NCBI RefSeq assembly: GCF_003334305.1
Contig: NZ_QOWS01000005.1
Reading direction: 5' to 3' (one strand)
DNA length: 64,000 nt
Source: Escherichia coli
GTDB taxonomy: Bacteria; Pseudomonadota; Gammaproteobacteria; Enterobacterales; Enterobacteriaceae
A program made the translations under genes and the position numbers. The notes under the pieces are model-generated. The model had not been told where the DNA came from. It saw only the letters and a program-made list of their open reading frames with translations, and ran no database searches. Shown here piece by piece: positions 32,046 through 47,742 of the stretch (position 1 is its first letter; the number at the start of each line of letters is the position of its first letter).

Positions 32046-32513
32046 TTAGCGCGGAGAAACGGTCACCTGACTGCCATTGCTGGCCAGTACGACACGTTGG
32101 CCCGGAGAGAAACGAGTGTTGCCTTGTTTCTGTACCACCATGATGGTATTACCATCGTCTTTACGAATTTCCAGCTCGACACCCTGCGTTTTGTTCATTG
32201 CACTCTGTACGCCCTGACCAGCTACGCCACCTGCAACAGCGCCTGCTGCAGTAGCCAGAGAACGCCCGGTTCCGCCACCAACAGTATTCCCCAGGAAACC
32301 ACCAAGAACAGCACCGCCAATTGCACCGATAACGTTGGAATCATCACCGCCCTGAATCTGTACCGGACGTACGTTAACGATGGTGCCATAGCTGACATTC
32401 TGTACTTGTTTCGCTTCAGAAGCGGTATAAACATCCCCTGACAGGGTGTCGTTATTAACACAACCGACAAGAGACAGACCTACCATTGAAACAACCAATA
32501 CGCGTTTAATCAT
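32046..32513 (-). CDS. slyB: Outer-membrane lipoprotein SlyB
   Basis: ORF-track 155 aa; lipobox LVGC; Gly-rich segment. Confidence 0.95.
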   Translation of the reverse strand: MIKRVLVVSMVGLSLVGCVNNDTLSGDVYTASEAKQVQNVSYGTIVNVRPVQIQGGDDSNVIGAIGGAVLGGFLGNTVGGGTGRSLATAAGAVAGGVAGQGVQSAMNKTQGVELEIRKDDGNTIMVVQKQGNTRFSPGQRVVLASNGSQVTVSPR

Positions 32514-32786
32514 TGAAAAATCTCCTGTTCACCATGAAACGCCACGCAAGCATCCCTCATGGTCAAAGTATATGGCATATGTGAATCCATGGTTACATGT
32601 TCTACCAAATATGAGCAAATCATAATGAAAGTAGGATCAACCAATTATAAACAAAACATTCATGATGATTATTGATTTGAAGATAATGTTTTACTACCAA
32701 CGGTAAAAATCGGTCATTCCGCATGGTATTCACGAAAAGTTTATGTTTGAGTGGTGCGCAAACGTCAGATTGAAAAAGGATGAACT

Positions 32787-33896
32787 ATGAAATCGGGCCG
32801 CTTTATTGGCGTTATGTCAGGCACCAGCCTTGATGGTGTTGATGTTGTGTTGGCGACAATAGATGAACACCGGGTCGCACAGCTGGCAAGCTTGAGCTGG
32901 CCGATCCCGGTGTCTCTGAAACAGGCTGTACTGGATATTTGCCAGGGCCAGCAGCTTACACTTTCGCAGTTTGGACAGCTTGATACTCAACTCGGGCGAC
33001 TTTTTGCTGATGCGGTCAATGCCTTGCTTAAGGAACAAAACCTGCAGGCGAGAGATATAGTTGCGATCGGCTGTCACGGTCAAACCGTCTGGCATGAACC
33101 GACGGGCGTGGAACCACACACTTTACAGATTGGCGATAACAATCAAATTGTGGCACGCACCGGAATTACGGTTGTCGGTGATTTTCGCCGTCGCGATATT
33201 GCCTTGGGAGGACAAGGCGCACCGCTGGTACCTGCGTTCCATCATGCCTTGCTGGCTCACCCAACCGAGCGACGAATGGTGCTCAATATTGGCGGCATCG
33301 CCAATCTGTCACTGCTCATTCCTGGGCAGCCGGTTGGCGGCTACGATACCGGTCCTGGTAACATGCTGATGGATGCCTGGATCTGGCGTCAGGCCGGTAA
33401 ACCTTACGATAAAGATGCCGAGTGGGCACGGGCGGGTAAAGTTATTCTCCCACTGCTGCAAAATATGCTCAGCGACCCATATTTCTCGCAACCTGCACCG
33501 AAAAGCACCGGACGCGAATACTTTAACTACGGCTGGCTGGAGCGCCATTTACGCCATTTTCCGGGTGTTGATCCCCGTGATGTTCAGGCCACACTGGCAG
33601 AACTCACCGCCGTGACCATTTCTGAACAAGTTTTGTTGAGCGGTGGCTGCGAACGATTGATGGTATGTGGTGGAGGTAGTCGTAATCCGCTACTCATGGC
33701 GCGTCTGGCGGCATTACTGCCAGGCACAGAAGTCACCACCACCGATGCCGTTGGCATTAGTGGCGATGACATGGAAGCATTGGCTTTCGCCTGGCTTGCC
33801 TGGCGGACGCTGGCGGGATTACCAGGAAATCTGCCTTCCGTCACTGGCGCAAGCCAGGAGACGGTACTGGGGGCTATTTTCCCTGCTAACCCGTGA
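32787..33896 (+). CDS. anmK: Anhydro-N-acetylmuramic acid kinase
   Basis: ORF-track 369 aa starting [19 protein letters not shown]. Confidence 0.95.
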
Positions 33897-33993
33897 TATC
33901 AGAGTTAACTGAATTTTTCTTACCGCGTCTGCCGTTACACTTGGAACGTTAGGGAGGGCGTATTGCCCTCCAGACCAGGAAAGTCTTCGGGAA

Positions 33994-34323
33994 ATGTCTA
34001 TGAAAAAACTGTTACTGATCTGTTTGCCGGTGCTTCTCACCGGCTGTAGCGCGTTCAATCAACTGGTTGAGCACATGCAAACCGCTACGCTGGAATACCA
34101 GTGTGATGAAAAACCGTTGACGGTCAAACTGAATAATCCGCGCCAGGAAGTCAGTTTTGTTTACGATAATCAACTACTGCATCTCAAACAGGGCATTTCA
34201 GCGTCTGGTGCACGTTACACTGACGGTATCTATGTTTTCTGGTCGAAAGGCGATGAAGCGACTGTCTATAAACGCGACCGCATCGTATTGAATAACTGTC
34301 AGTTACAAAATCCACAGCGTTGA
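33994..34323 (+). CDS. mliC: Membrane-bound lysozyme inhibitor of C-type lysozyme
   Basis: ORF-track 109 aa; lipoprotein signal with lipobox LTGC. Confidence 0.9.
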   Translation: MSMKKLLLICLPVLLTGCSAFNQLVEHMQTATLEYQCDEKPLTVKLNNPRQEVSFVYDNQLLHLKQGISASGARYTDGIYVFWSKGDEATVYKRDRIVLNNCQLQNPQR

Positions 34324-34381
34324 GATTTTTCCAGGGGCGGCGCACAATAGCGTCACCCACTGACAATCCGTAAAGAAAACC

Positions 34382-35038
34382 ATGTCTGATAACGACGAAT
34401 TGCAGCAAATCGCGCATCTGCGCCGTGAATACACCAAAGGCGGGTTACGCCGTCGCGATCTTCCCGCCGATCCATTAACCCTTTTTGAACGTTGGCTCTC
34501 TCAGGCGTGTGAAGCCAAACTGGCAGACCCTACCGCGATGGTGGTCGCTACCGTGGATGAACATGCTCAGCCTTATCAACGCATCGTTTTACTCAAACAT
34601 TACGACGAAAAAGGCATGGTGTTTTACACCAACCTCGGTAGCCGTAAAGCACATCAAATTGAAAATAATCCGCGCGTTAGCCTGCTGTTCCCGTGGCATA
34701 CCCTTGAACGCCAGGTGATGGTGATCGGTAAAGCAGAACGACTTTCGACTCTCGAAGTGATGAAATATTTTCATAGCCGCCCGCGTGATAGCCAGATTGG
34801 TGCATGGGTTTCGAAGCAGTCCAGTCGCATTTCTGCCCGCGGTATCCTTGAAAGTAAATTCCTGGAGCTGAAGCAGAAGTTTCAACAGGGCGAAGTGCCA
34901 TTGCCGAGCTTTTGGGGCGGTTTTCGCGTCAGCCTTGAACAGATTGAGTTCTGGCAGGGCGGTGAGCATCGCCTGCATGACCGCTTTTTGTACCAGCGAG
35001 AAAATGATGCGTGGAAGATTGATCGTCTTGCACCCTGA
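34382..35038 (+). CDS. pdxH: Pyridoxine/pyridoxamine 5'-phosphate oxidase
   Basis: ORF-track 218 aa. Confidence 0.95.
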
Positions 35039-35166
35039 AAAGATGCAAAAATCTTGCTTTAATCGCTGGTACTCCTGATTCTGGCACTTTATTCTATGTC
35101 TCTTTCGCATCTGGCGAAAAGTCGTGTACCGGCAAAGGTGCAGTCGTTATATACATGGAGATTTTG

Positions 35167-36441
35167 ATGGCAAGCAGTAACTTGATTAAACAATTGCAAG
35201 AGCGGGGGCTGGTAGCCCAGGTGACGGACGAGGAAGCGTTAGCAGAGCGACTGGCGCAAGGCCCGATCGCGCTCTATTGCGGCTTCGATCCTACCGCTGA
35301 CAGCTTGCATTTGGGGCATCTTGTTCCATTGTTATGCCTGAAACGCTTCCAGCAGGCGGGCCACAAGCCGGTTGCGCTGGTAGGCGGCGCGACGGGTCTG
35401 ATTGGCGACCCGAGCTTCAAAGCTGCCGAGCGTAAGCTGAACACCGAAGAAACTGTTCAGGAGTGGGTGGACAAAATCCGTAAGCAGGTTGCCCCGTTCC
35501 TCGATTTCGACTGTGGAGAAAACTCTGCTATCGCGGCGAACAACTATGACTGGTTCGGCAATATGAATGTGCTGACCTTCCTGCGCGATATTGGCAAACA
35601 CTTCTCCGTTAACCAGATGATCAACAAAGAAGCGGTTAAGCAGCGTCTCAACCGTGAAGATCAGGGGATTTCGTTCACTGAGTTTTCCTACAACCTGTTG
35701 CAGGGTTATGACTTCGCCTGTCTGAACAAACAGTACGGTGTGGTGCTGCAAATTGGTGGTTCTGACCAGTGGGGTAACATCACTTCTGGTATCGACCTGA
35801 CCCGTCGTCTGCATCAGAATCAGGTGTTTGGCCTGACCGTTCCGCTGATCACTAAAGCAGATGGCACCAAATTTGGTAAAACTGAAGGCGGCGCAGTCTG
35901 GTTGGATCCGAAGAAAACCAGCCCGTACAAATTCTACCAGTTCTGGATCAACACTGCGGATGCCGACGTTTACCGCTTCCTGAAGTTCTTCACCTTTATG
36001 AGCATTGAAGAGATCAACGCCCTGGAAGAAGAAGATAAAAACAGCGGTAAAGCACCGCGCGCCCAGTATGTACTGGCGGAGCAGGTGACTCGTCTGGTTC
36101 ACGGTGAAGAAGGTTTACAGGCGGCAAAACGTATTACCGAATGCCTGTTCAGCGGTTCTTTGAGTGCGCTGAGTGAAGCGGATTTCGAACAGCTGGCGCA
36201 GGACGGCGTACCGATGGTTGAGATGGAAAAGGGCGCAGACCTGATGCAGGCGCTGGTCGATTCTGAACTGCAACCTTCCCGTGGTCAGGCGCGTAAAACT
36301 ATCGCCTCCAATGCCATCACCATTAACGGTGAAAAACAGTCCGATCCTGAATACTTCTTTAAAGAAGAAGATCGTCTGTTTGGTCGTTTTACCTTACTGC
36401 GTCGCGGCAAAAAGAATTACTGTCTGATTTGCTGGAAATAA
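35167..36441 (+). CDS. tyrS: Tyrosine--tRNA ligase
   Basis: ORF-track 35155..36441; start at ATG 35167 (424 aa, [16 protein letters not shown]); class I HIGH (HLGH) and KMSKS-like (KFGKT) motifs. Confidence 0.97.
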
Positions 36442-36499
36442 TGCATTAAGTGGAAAGGGGGAGTGAGAAATCACTCCCCCTGGTTTTTATACAGGGAAC

Positions 36500-37363
36500 A
36501 TGATGAAAAATATTCTCGCTATCCAGTCTCACGTTGTTTATGGTCATGCGGGTAACAGTGCGGCAGAGTTTCCTATGCGCCGCCTGGGCGCGAACGTCTG
36601 GCCGCTGAACACCGTTCAATTTTCTAATCACACCCAATACGGCAAATGGACTGGCTGCGTGATGCCGCCCAGCCATTTAACCGAAATTGTGCAAGGCATT
36701 GCCGCCATTGATAAATTACACACCTGTGATGCCGTGTTAAGTGGCTATCTGGGATCGGCGGAGCAGGGTGAACATATCCTCGGTATCGTCCGTCAGGTGA
36801 AAGCCGCGAATCCGCAGGCGAAATATTTTTGCGATCCGGTAATGGGTCATCCGGAAAAAGGCTGTATCGTTGCACCGGGTGTCGCAGAGTTTCATGTGCG
36901 GCACGGTTTGCCTGCCAGCGATATCATTGCGCCGAATCTGGTTGAGCTGGAAATACTCTGTGAGCATGCGGTAAATAACGTCGAAGAAGCGGTTCTGGCA
37001 GCGCGCGAACTCATTGCGCAAGGGCCACAAATTGTGTTGGTTAAACACCTGGCGCGAGCTGGCTACAGCCGTGACCGTTTTGAAATGCTGCTGGTCACCG
37101 CCGATGAAGCCTGGCATATCAGCCGTCCGCTGGTGGATTTTGGTATGCGCCAGCCGGTAGGTGTTGGTGATGTGACGAGCGGTTTACTGCTGGTGAAACT
37201 GCTTCAGGGGGCAACGCTGCAGGAGGCGCTGGAACATGTGACCGCTGCAGTCTACGAAATCATGGTGACCACCAAAGCAATGCAGGAATATGAGCTGCAA
37301 GTGGTGGCTGCTCAGGATCGTATTGCCAAACCAGAACATTACTTCAGCGCAACAAAGCTCTGA
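36500..37363 (+). CDS. pdxY: Pyridoxal kinase PdxY
   Basis: ORF-track 287 aa. Confidence 0.95.
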   Translation: MMKNILAIQSHVVYGHAGNSAAEFPMRRLGANVWPLNTVQFSNHTQYGKWTGCVMPPSHLTEIVQGIAAIDKLHTCDAVLSGYLGSAEQGEHILGIVRQVKAANPQAKYFCDPVMGHPEKGCIVAPGVAEFHVRHGLPASDIIAPNLVELEILCEHAVNNVEEAVLAARELIAQGPQIVLVKHLARAGYSRDRFEMLLVTADEAWHISRPLVDFGMRQPVGVGDVTSGLLLVKLLQGATLQEALEHVTAAVYEIMVTTKAMQEYELQVVAAQDRIAKPEHYFSATKL

Positions 37364-37406
37364 AATATCTCATTTCGGCCCACAACGACCTGTGGGCCGA
37401 TGGATA

Positions 37407-38012
37407 TTACTTTAAGCCTTCCGCTGACAGCGCGTCTTGTACTTCCGGACGTTCAGCCATACGTTGCATAAATGCTGCAATGTGCTCTAACCCTTCCAGA
37501 TTCAGTTTCACCGCGTATGCCCAGCGCAGAACCGTAAACAGATAGGCATCAGCAATTGTAAATCTTTGCCCGCAGATCCAGTGCTCATCCTTCAGTGCCT
37601 CGTTCACATATTGCAGCTTCTTCTCCAGCTGCGCGCGAACTGTCGGTTTGTACTCTTCCGGTGTATCAGGGCGAAACAGAGGTGTGAAACCTTTATGCAG
37701 CTCGGTGGCGATGTAATTCAGCCATTCGATGGTTTTATAGCGGGAAATACTGTTTACCGGTGCCAGCAACTGGCGGTCGGGGACGCTGTCGGCAAGATAC
37801 TGCATAATCGCTACGCCTTCCGTCAGCAAAGTACCGTCATCCAGCAGCAATGCAGGCACCTGCCCCTTAGGGTTAACGGCAAAGTAATCGTCACCGTTTT
37901 CGAGACGTTTTTTCATTAAATCCACACTGACGAGGGTAAAATCCTTTCCGCTCTCACGCAGGGTGATATGGGAAGCGAGAGAGCAGGCACCCGGTTTGTA
38001 GAACAATTTCAT
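37407..38012 (-). CDS. gstA: Glutathione S-transferase
   Basis: ORF-track 201 aa starting [20 protein letters not shown]. Confidence 0.95.
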
Positions 38013-38117
38013 CGGTAACTCCTTTTGTCTGTGGTTTAAAGTATGGTAGTGCGTTGCTGAACAAAAAAAAAGCCGCTAACGAAAAGTTAGCGGCTTGTAA
38101 AAGAGTTTCCCTGAATT

Positions 38118-39620
38118 TTACGCTACAGCAGCTTTCGCCGCTTTGTCTGCAGCGTCATCCTGCGTCATACGGTGCAGTTTAGGCGCGGTCAGCAGCATCA
38201 GTACTGCAATAATGGCAGTAGCGACACCAATCTGCAAGAATACGCGACCATAAACTTCCAGTGACATCAGCGGGTCGGTAACGTTATCCGGCACAGCCAT
38301 CATACCCGCAACATAACCACCAATCAGGTTTGCACCGGCAGTGGTCAGGAACCAGCTACCCATAATGAAGCCCATCAGACGCTGCGGAACGAGTTGTGCA
38401 ACCATTGCCAGACCCAGACCAGAGATCATCAGTTCCCCGATGCTCTGCAGGCCATAGCTTGCGACCAGCCAGCTTACAGACACGATACCAGCGTCAGACG
38501 CGAATTTCGCACCCAGCGGCAGAATCAGGAACGCACCAGAACACATCACCATGCCGATTGCAAACTTGGTTGGCATCGGCAGGGTATCGCCCATCTTGTT
38601 ATAGATAGCGGCCAGAATCGGACTACCGATGATGATCCAGAACGGGTTCAGTGCCTGATACTGCTCAGGTTCTACGGCCAGACCCAGAATGGAGTGCTCA
38701 ACGTTACGAATCGCAAAGAAGTTCAGTGACGTTGGCATCTGGCTGTACAGCACGAAGAAGATAATGGCTTCGAGCATCAGGATGAAGGCAACGATCATTT
38801 TACGACGCGCAGCACCTTTCATCGCGAAGGCTTCTTTACCGAAGATAACCACGATACCGAAGGCAACAACGCCCAGCGCCATACGCGCAACTTCCTGATT
38901 GTGCAGCAGCCAGGTGGCGATAGCGATCAGTGCCACAACACCAATAATGGTCAGCAGCAGGTTACGGTAGTTGATAGGCTCGAAGTCTGGTTTTGAACCG
39001 TACTGTTTAACCCAGCGTTGGCAGAAGGCGAAGTTAACGATAGTGATCAGCAGGCCTACAACGCTCAACGCAAACGCAACACTCCAGCCGTATTTCGCGG
39101 CCAGCCACGGCGTAGCAATCATAGAGAAGAAAGAGCCGATGTTGACGGACATGTAGTACATGGTGAATGCACCGTCCAGACGCGGGTCGTTTTTCTCATA
39201 GCATGTAGAAAGCAGAGAAGACGGGTTAGCTTTAAACAGGCCGTTACCGACCGCAATAGCCGCCATACCCATATAAACGATACCGGCGTCGTGACCAGAC
39301 CAGGCAACCAGAGCATAACCAATCGCCAGCACAATAGCGCCGAGCATAATTACGCGTTTAGTACCCAGTACCTTGTCACCTAACCAGCCGCCGATAGCGA
39401 CCAGACCATAAACCAGGGCACTAAAGGAAGAGAAAAGGGTGATTGAATCCGCTTCAGACATACCCAGTTGTTTAACCAGGTAAACAGCCATAATTCCTTG
39501 TAGGCCGTAATAACCAAAACGTTCCCATAACTCAATCGAGAAGATGAGATAGAACGCCTTCGGTTGTTTGAAAGCGTTCAAACTGACGCTTTCAGTTGGT
39601 TTTTGGTTTGCAGTGGACAC
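38118..39620 (-). CDS. dtpA: Proton-dependent di-/tripeptide permease DtpA (PTR2/POT family)
   Basis: ORF-track 500 aa; POT signature region [10 protein letters not shown]. Confidence 0.95.
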   Translation of the reverse strand: MSTANQKPTESVSLNAFKQPKAFYLIFSIELWERFGYYGLQGIMAVYLVKQLGMSEADSITLFSSFSALVYGLVAIGGWLGDKVLGTKRVIMLGAIVLAIGYALVAWSGHDAGIVYMGMAAIAVGNGLFKANPSSLLSTCYEKNDPRLDGAFTMYYMSVNIGSFFSMIATPWLAAKYGWSVAFALSVVGLLITIVNFAFCQRWVKQYGSKPDFEPINYRNLLLTIIGVVALIAIATWLLHNQEVARMALGVVAFGIVVIFGKEAFAMKGAARRKMIVAFILMLEAIIFFVLYSQMPTSLNFFAIRNVEHSILGLAVEPEQYQALNPFWIIIGSPILAAIYNKMGDTLPMPTKFAIGMVMCSGAFLILPLGAKFASDAGIVSVSWLVASYGLQSIGELMISGLGLAMVAQLVPQRLMGFIMGSWFLTTAGANLIGGYVAGMMAVPDNVTDPLMSLEVYGRVFLQIGVATAIIAVLMLLTAPKLHRMTQDDAADKAAKAAVA

Positions 39621-40230
39621 TTTTACCTCTTTTTTTACATCCCATATTAACGGGGGTGCTTTCTCGCGTTATGTCTAAAAAACATACGCGCAATTGTTAT
39701 AGTGGGAGGGGAAACGGCAGGTAATGTTCACTATCTTGCACTTTCAGACAAGTCCTTTGTAATAATCTGTTACATATAACTGAGGCGGGGAATTCAACCA
39801 TTCCGGGAAATGTTATCCAGCGTTAAATTTTTCAAAAAACGTAACGGCAGATTTTTTCACTGCACTGAGAGGGGGGTGATGGCTTAACGGCGATATGTTC
39901 TGCTATTTAGCGTTTTTACTAGTGAGATAGTCCAGTTTCTGAAAAATAGCCAGTGTAATGTTTTGTAGGTCAATATTTGTTGCGTGTGTAAATTTAAATG
40001 ATTTTAACCTGATTCTTGCAATGTTTTTACATTGCGACAGCATCGTGATCTTGATCACGAATGAATAGAAAATTTCGCTATTAAAAAAACAATTAACCTG
40101 CATTTTTGGTTATCTGCAAACGGATTACCTGATGATAACGCTAAGCAATGGCATCATTCACGTTAAAAAGATGTTTTAAAAGAGGATAAAGAAAGGTTAT
40201 CAATGGGGTAATCGGTGTTACCCCTTTTCT

Positions 40231-40866
40231 TCAGATGTCAACTTTCTCTTTGTATTCACAAAGATCTTCAATAATACAAGAGCCACAGCGGGGCTTGCGG
40301 GCAATGCAGGTATAACGCCCGTGCAGGATCAACCAATGGTGGCAGTCGACTTTAAACTCTGCCGGAACCACTTTCAGTAGCTTTTCTTCTACCTGTTCGA
40401 CGTTTTTCCCCGGCGCAAATTGAGTACGATTACAAACGCGGAAAATGTGCGTGTCGACAGCAATAGTCGGCCAGCCGAATGCAGTGTTTAATACGACGTT
40501 GGCTGTTTTACGACCTACGCCGGGCAGGGCTTCAAGCGCAGCACGATCTTCCGGAACCTCGCCATTATGCTGCTCCAGCAAGATACGGCAGGTTTTGATG
40601 ATATTTTCTGCTTTGCTGTTATAAAGCCCAATCGTTTTGATATAGGTTTTCACCCCTTCAACGCCCAGTTCAAGCATCGCTGCAGGCGTATTCGCCACCG
40701 GGTAGAGTTTCGCCGTCGCCTTATTAACACTGACATCGGTCGCCTGAGCGGAAAGCAGTACGGCAATCAGCAATTCAAAAGGCGAACTGAAATTAAGCTC
40801 GGTGGTGGGATGAGGATTGTTCTCACGCAGGCGAGTGAGGATCTCCAGGCGTTTTGCTTTGTTCAT
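40231..40866 (-). CDS. nth: Endonuclease III
   Basis: ORF-track 211 aa; HhH-GPD fold and C-terminal 4Fe-4S Cys cluster; last gene of the rsx-nth operon. Confidence 0.97.
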   Translation of the reverse strand: MNKAKRLEILTRLRENNPHPTTELNFSSPFELLIAVLLSAQATDVSVNKATAKLYPVANTPAAMLELGVEGVKTYIKTIGLYNSKAENIIKTCRILLEQHNGEVPEDRAALEALPGVGRKTANVVLNTAFGWPTIAVDTHIFRVCNRTQFAPGKNVEQVEEKLLKVVPAEFKVDCHHWLILHGRYTCIARKPRCGSCIIEDLCEYKEKVDI

Positions 40867-41561
40867 CAGACATTCCCTGTTTCACCGTTTGGCAATGCAC
40901 GTTCGGCAGTTGCTTCAGCACGGCGCTTTTTCATTCTTTCATCAATCAGGTATTTTCCTGCCAGCATCAGTCCCAGGCCAATAAATGCACCTGGAGGCAG
41001 CATCGCCAGCAGGAAAGGGGAGTCGGTGTGGAAAATTTCCACGCGTAATACTTTTGCCCAGCTACCTAACAGCGCATCTGCACCGTCAAACAATGTGCCA
41101 TTGCCGATAATTTCGCGTAGTGAACCCAGCACGAACATGGCGCAGGTTGCGCCCATACCAATTGAAAAGCCGTCCAGTGCCGAAAGCGCCGGACCTTTTT
41201 TGGCGGCGAAGGCTTCAGCGCGGCCCACAACGATACAGTTAGTGACAATCAGCGGAATAAAAATCCCTAATGATTGATACAGGCCAAAGGCGTAGGCGTT
41301 GATCAGCATCTGTACAGCGCTGACCACCGAGGCGATGATCATCACGTAAATGGGAATGCGGATCTCGGCTGGCGTCCAGTGACGCAGCGTCGAAATGGTC
41401 AGGTTGGTCAGCGTCAGTACCAGCGTAGTCGCAAGTCCTAAACCCAGAGCGTTAGTGGCAGTGGACGTGACCGCCAACAGAGGACAAAGGCCGAGCAACT
41501 GGACCAGCGCAGAGTTGTTTTTCCACACCCCCTGAACAATAACGTCTTTAATTTCGCTCAC
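40866..41561 (-). CDS. rsxE: Rsx/Rnf electron-transport complex subunit E
   Basis: ORF-track 231 aa polytopic membrane protein. Confidence 0.95.
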   Translation of the reverse strand: MSEIKDVIVQGVWKNNSALVQLLGLCPLLAVTSTATNALGLGLATTLVLTLTNLTISTLRHWTPAEIRIPIYVMIIASVVSAVQMLINAYAFGLYQSLGIFIPLIVTNCIVVGRAEAFAAKKGPALSALDGFSIGMGATCAMFVLGSLREIIGNGTLFDGADALLGSWAKVLRVEIFHTDSPFLLAMLPPGAFIGLGLMLAGKYLIDERMKKRRAEATAERALPNGETGNV

Positions 41562-41564
41562 GCT

Positions 41565-42185
41565 TTATTCTCCACAGGCAGGAAGTTGAGAAAGTTGTGC
41601 CGGTAACGTCTGAGCGTACAATCCGGCGCGTTTTACCGCATTAACCACCGCGCGGGGAGTAATCGTCGCGCCGGTGAACTGGTCGAAATCACCACCATCT
41701 TTCTTCACCGCCCAGTGCGCATCATCCGCACCACTGATTTTTTTACCCGCAAAATGGGTGATCCAGTCAGAAAGGCGCAGTTCGATTTTATCGCCAAGCC
41801 CTGGCGTTTCGTGGTGCTCTGTCACGCGCGTGCCAAGTACCGTGCCGTTAAAATCGGCTCCCACCAGCAGCTGAATCGCACCGGAATAGCCATCTGGCGC
41901 GGTTGCTTCCAGAACGGCGGCTACCGGTTTGTCATCCTGTTTGGCGATGTAAACCCGATGCTCACCTTTACCTAACTCTGGCGCAGTTACCAGATAGCAA
42001 CTCTGTGCCAGCGCATTGTTATAGCGTTCGGCTGGCAGCACCTGATCAAATAATGCCTCTTGTTGCAGACTGGCCTGTTCAGCAATCGTCGTTTTGGTCA
42101 TCTGGTTGATGGCCGCAGTTAACCCTGTTGAACCCGCTGCAAATAGCGCTAACGTAATGCCGTGTTTTCGGATAGTTTTCAGCAT
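41565..42185 (-). CDS. rsxG: Rsx/Rnf complex subunit G
   Basis: ORF-track 206 aa. Confidence 0.95.
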   Translation of the reverse strand: MLKTIRKHGITLALFAAGSTGLTAAINQMTKTTIAEQASLQQEALFDQVLPAERYNNALAQSCYLVTAPELGKGEHRVYIAKQDDKPVAAVLEATAPDGYSGAIQLLVGADFNGTVLGTRVTEHHETPGLGDKIELRLSDWITHFAGKKISGADDAHWAVKKDGGDFDQFTGATITPRAVVNAVKRAGLYAQTLPAQLSQLPACGE

Positions 42186-42188
42186 GGT

Positions 42189-43247
42189 TTACCCTTTGCG
42201 ATGGCCGTAGACGCGCGGACGCGTGTAGTAATCGATCAGAGGAACCGTGATGTTCGCCAGCAGGACGGCAAAAGCCACGCCGTCAGGATAGCCGCCGAAA
42301 CTGCGGATCAACCAGACTAATAAGCCCGCCAGCGCGCCGAAAATAAGACGACCACGATTGGTCGTAGAAGCGGTAACCGGGTCAGTCAAAATAAAGAATG
42401 CGCCGAGCATGGTCGCACCAGACAGCAGATGAATTTGCGGTGCTGCCAGTGTTTCTGGTGAGAACAACCAGCCCAACGTTGCGCATAACGCCAGCGTTAC
42501 TAAGAAGCTGAGGGGAATATGCCAGCGAATCGCTTTCTGCCATAGCAACCACAGGCCGCCAGCCAGCCAGGCGAGATTTACCCATTGCCAACCAGCGCCC
42601 GCCAGAATACCGCTGTAGATCGGATATTGCATAATCTGTTCAACCGAATGACCGGCACGGACAGAGGTTTTAAATGTATCCAGCGGTGTCGCCTGACTAA
42701 TGCCATCAATACCTAAGCGTAGTGTGTTCATATCACCACCACTGGCGGTATGTCCGCTGAAAATAACCTGTATGGCGTCGATAAAACCAGGGATGTTGAC
42801 CGCAATTTCATGTGGCGGTAACCAGCTGGTCATCTGCACCGGGAAGGAGATCAGTAAGACCACATAACCAATCATTGCCGGATTAAACGGGTTTTGCCCC
42901 AGACCGCCATACAACTGTTTAGCGATGATCACCGCAAACACCGTACCCAGCACGACCATCCACCATGGCGCGAGGGGGGGAATACTTACCGCCAGCAATA
43001 AGCCTGTCAGCAATGCTGAGTTATCTTTCAACGTTGCGGCTACCGACTGCTTGCGTAGTTTGAGTACGAGAGCTTCGGCTAACAGAGCACTAACCGATGC
43101 CAACAGGATCTGAACGAGAGTACCCCAACCAAAAAACCACAGTTGCGCTGCGATTCCTGGCACGGCTGCGAGCAACACCAACAGCATAATGCGCGATGTC
43201 TGGCGCTGGTTATGGGTATAAGGGGAGCTAGCTATTCTGAATACCAT
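42189..43247 (-). CDS. rsxD: Rsx/Rnf complex subunit D
   Basis: ORF-track 352 aa polytopic membrane protein. Confidence 0.95.
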   Translation of the reverse strand: MVFRIASSPYTHNQRQTSRIMLLVLLAAVPGIAAQLWFFGWGTLVQILLASVSALLAEALVLKLRKQSVAATLKDNSALLTGLLLAVSIPPLAPWWMVVLGTVFAVIIAKQLYGGLGQNPFNPAMIGYVVLLISFPVQMTSWLPPHEIAVNIPGFIDAIQVIFSGHTASGGDMNTLRLGIDGISQATPLDTFKTSVRAGHSVEQIMQYPIYSGILAGAGWQWVNLAWLAGGLWLLWQKAIRWHIPLSFLVTLALCATLGWLFSPETLAAPQIHLLSGATMLGAFFILTDPVTASTTNRGRLIFGALAGLLVWLIRSFGGYPDGVAFAVLLANITVPLIDYYTRPRVYGHRKG

Positions 43248-45944
<2,697 letters not shown>

Positions 45945-45945
<1 letters not shown>

Positions 45946-46526
45946 TACAACTTCACCAAACCACTAAAGCCCATAAAGGCCAGAGACATAAGACCTGCGG
46001 TAATTAACGCAATGGCATTACCGCGAAAAGGTGCCGGGACATCAGCCACAGCAAGGCGTTCGCGGATGGCGGCGAAGAGCACCATCACCAGCGAGAAACC
46101 GACAGCGGCGGAAAAACCGTACAGCGCCGACTGCAAGAAATTGTGCCCGAGATTGATATTCAGCAACGCCACGCCGAGCACTGCACAGTTGGTGGTGATA
46201 AGCGGCAAAAAAATCCCCAGCAGACGGTAAAGCACCGGGCTGGTTTTGCGCACCACCATCTCGGTGAACTGCACGACCACAGCAATCACCAGAATAAATG
46301 CCAGGGTGCGCAGGTAAATCAGATTAAGTGGGATCAAAATCCACGTATCGATAAGCCAGGCGCAAATAGACGCCAGCGTCATCACAAACGTTGTTGCCAG
46401 CCCCATGCCCATCGCGGTTTCCAGTTTTTTGGAAACCCCCATAAACGGACAGAGACCGAGAAACTTGACCAGTACAAAGTTATTGACCAGTACAGTTCCG
46501 ACAAACAGTAACAGGTAGTCAGTCAT
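45945..46526 (-). CDS. rsxA: Rsx/Rnf complex subunit A
   Basis: ORF-track 193 aa membrane protein; first gene of rsxABCDGE-nth. Confidence 0.95.
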
Positions 46527-46602
46527 TTTTCGGCCTGAAATAAAAAAGCCGCCTATTATCCGTTAATCCAGAGCAGGCGACAACAGGTTAACTGTAAGGT
46601 TA

Positions 46603-47043
46603 TTACGGATTCACAAACGTCGCTTTTACCCGCGACGAGCGTTTGAAATAGGGGACGATCAATGCGGTTGCCAACAAAGTAAACAGCAACTGGCGAACGG
46701 CTATGCCATCTTCCACGGGTGAAAAAGCGAATGCTTTTACTGCCAGCAATACGGAAATAAGCAGCCAGATAATATAGTGTTTAGGAACACAACGCCGACG
46801 TTTAAAGAAAGCGATGGTCAACCACAGTGTGTAATACCACATGGCGATAGCGGTAATAAAAGAAACGCCCCATAAGATTTGTGTCGTCAGTGCTTGTCCG
46901 CCGAGCGTTTGAAATGTTTGCGGAGAAGATAACGCAGCGGTATACAGCAACAACGCCAGCGTCGTACTCAACAGAGCGACTAAAAGCCAGGCCAACGGGC
47001 CAAGCAACCAGCCTCCAATACGTTGTGGCGTTGTGGTGGTCAT
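46603..47043 (-). CDS. ydgK: Inner-membrane protein YdgK
   Basis: ORF-track 46603..47067; start trimmed to ATG 47043 (146 aa, MTTTTPQRIGGW) from remembered length. Confidence 0.8.
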   Translation of the reverse strand: MTTTTPQRIGGWLLGPLAWLLVALLSTTLALLLYTAALSSPQTFQTLGGQALTTQILWGVSFITAIAMWYYTLWLTIAFFKRRRCVPKHYIIWLLISVLLAVKAFAFSPVEDGIAVRQLLFTLLATALIVPYFKRSSRVKATFVNP

Positions 47044-47128
47044 AGGTTCTCCAGAATAGCGACGCAAACAGGCAAATCTAATTTTAGGGGCGTTATTATA
47101 AGGCTTTTATAACCGATCGCTACTTTCT

Positions 47129-47344
47129 TTATTGGACATAGTGCCAGACGGACTTCGGTACCTGGCCGAGGTCAAACAAACGCCCGCCAGAAACCAGCTC
47201 TGCGCGACGGTGATCGGCAGCACGATACATATTGATCAGTTCCTGATCGTCCGTCAGGGTGTAATTAAGATGGTCGTAGAGTTTTTCCAGACTTTCGAGT
47301 GAACTGATTTTGCGAAATTTTAATAAGTAGTCCTGAACAGTCAT
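47129..47344 (-). CDS. cnu: Hha-family nucleoid-associated regulator Cnu (YdgT)
   Basis: ORF-track 71 aa. Confidence 0.9.
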
Positions 47345-47616
47345 AAAAGGTCCATAAAATAATTAATACCAAAGGGGTAGGTATTATTAGTGATGATAAA
47401 ATTTCACCAAAAGTGAACGCTTGTGTTATTACAATAATAAGAATGCGCTGATGGCAAATATTCAGGGATGAAAAACTGCTCTGAAAAGAGTAACGCGCTT
47501 TACTATCCCTGACAATCACCAACAACATCGAACAAGATAATAAATTCCTGGTTTAATATCCGACAAGTGAAAACATGCACCCGGACGGGCAGCATGTCGC
47601 TCCACAAGTGCAGAGC

Positions 47617-47742
47617 TTACTTGTGTTGTACCGAAGCACTCTGTTCAGGTGGCTGATAGTTGTCAATGTGACTCGCCACGCCAAGAAGAATGACTGAAAC
47701 GACAAGAACGATCCAACCTGTTAATTCAATAAGACGATTCAT
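47617..47742 (-). CDS. blr: Small membrane protein Blr (41 aa)
   Basis: ORF-track 66-aa ORF trimmed to internal ATG at 47740-47742 giving MNRLIELTGWIVLVVSVILLGVASHIDNYQPPEQSASVQHK, which I recognise. Confidence 0.7.
   Translation of the reverse strand: MNRLIELTGWIVLVVSVILLGVASHIDNYQPPEQSASVQHK

Noticed and set aside
35332-36102. 256-aa minus-strand ORF antisense to tyrS
   Set aside because: Shadow ORF inside a strongly supported essential gene; no independent start or RBS context.
39903-40103. 66-aa ORF in the AT-rich nth-dtpA intergenic region
   Set aside because: AT-rich low-complexity translation with no convincing ribosome-binding site; kept only as part of the intergenic-region finding.
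40567-41277. 236-aa plus-strand ORF spanning the nth/rsxE junction
   Set aside because: Antisense to two recognised operon genes; translation is low complexity.
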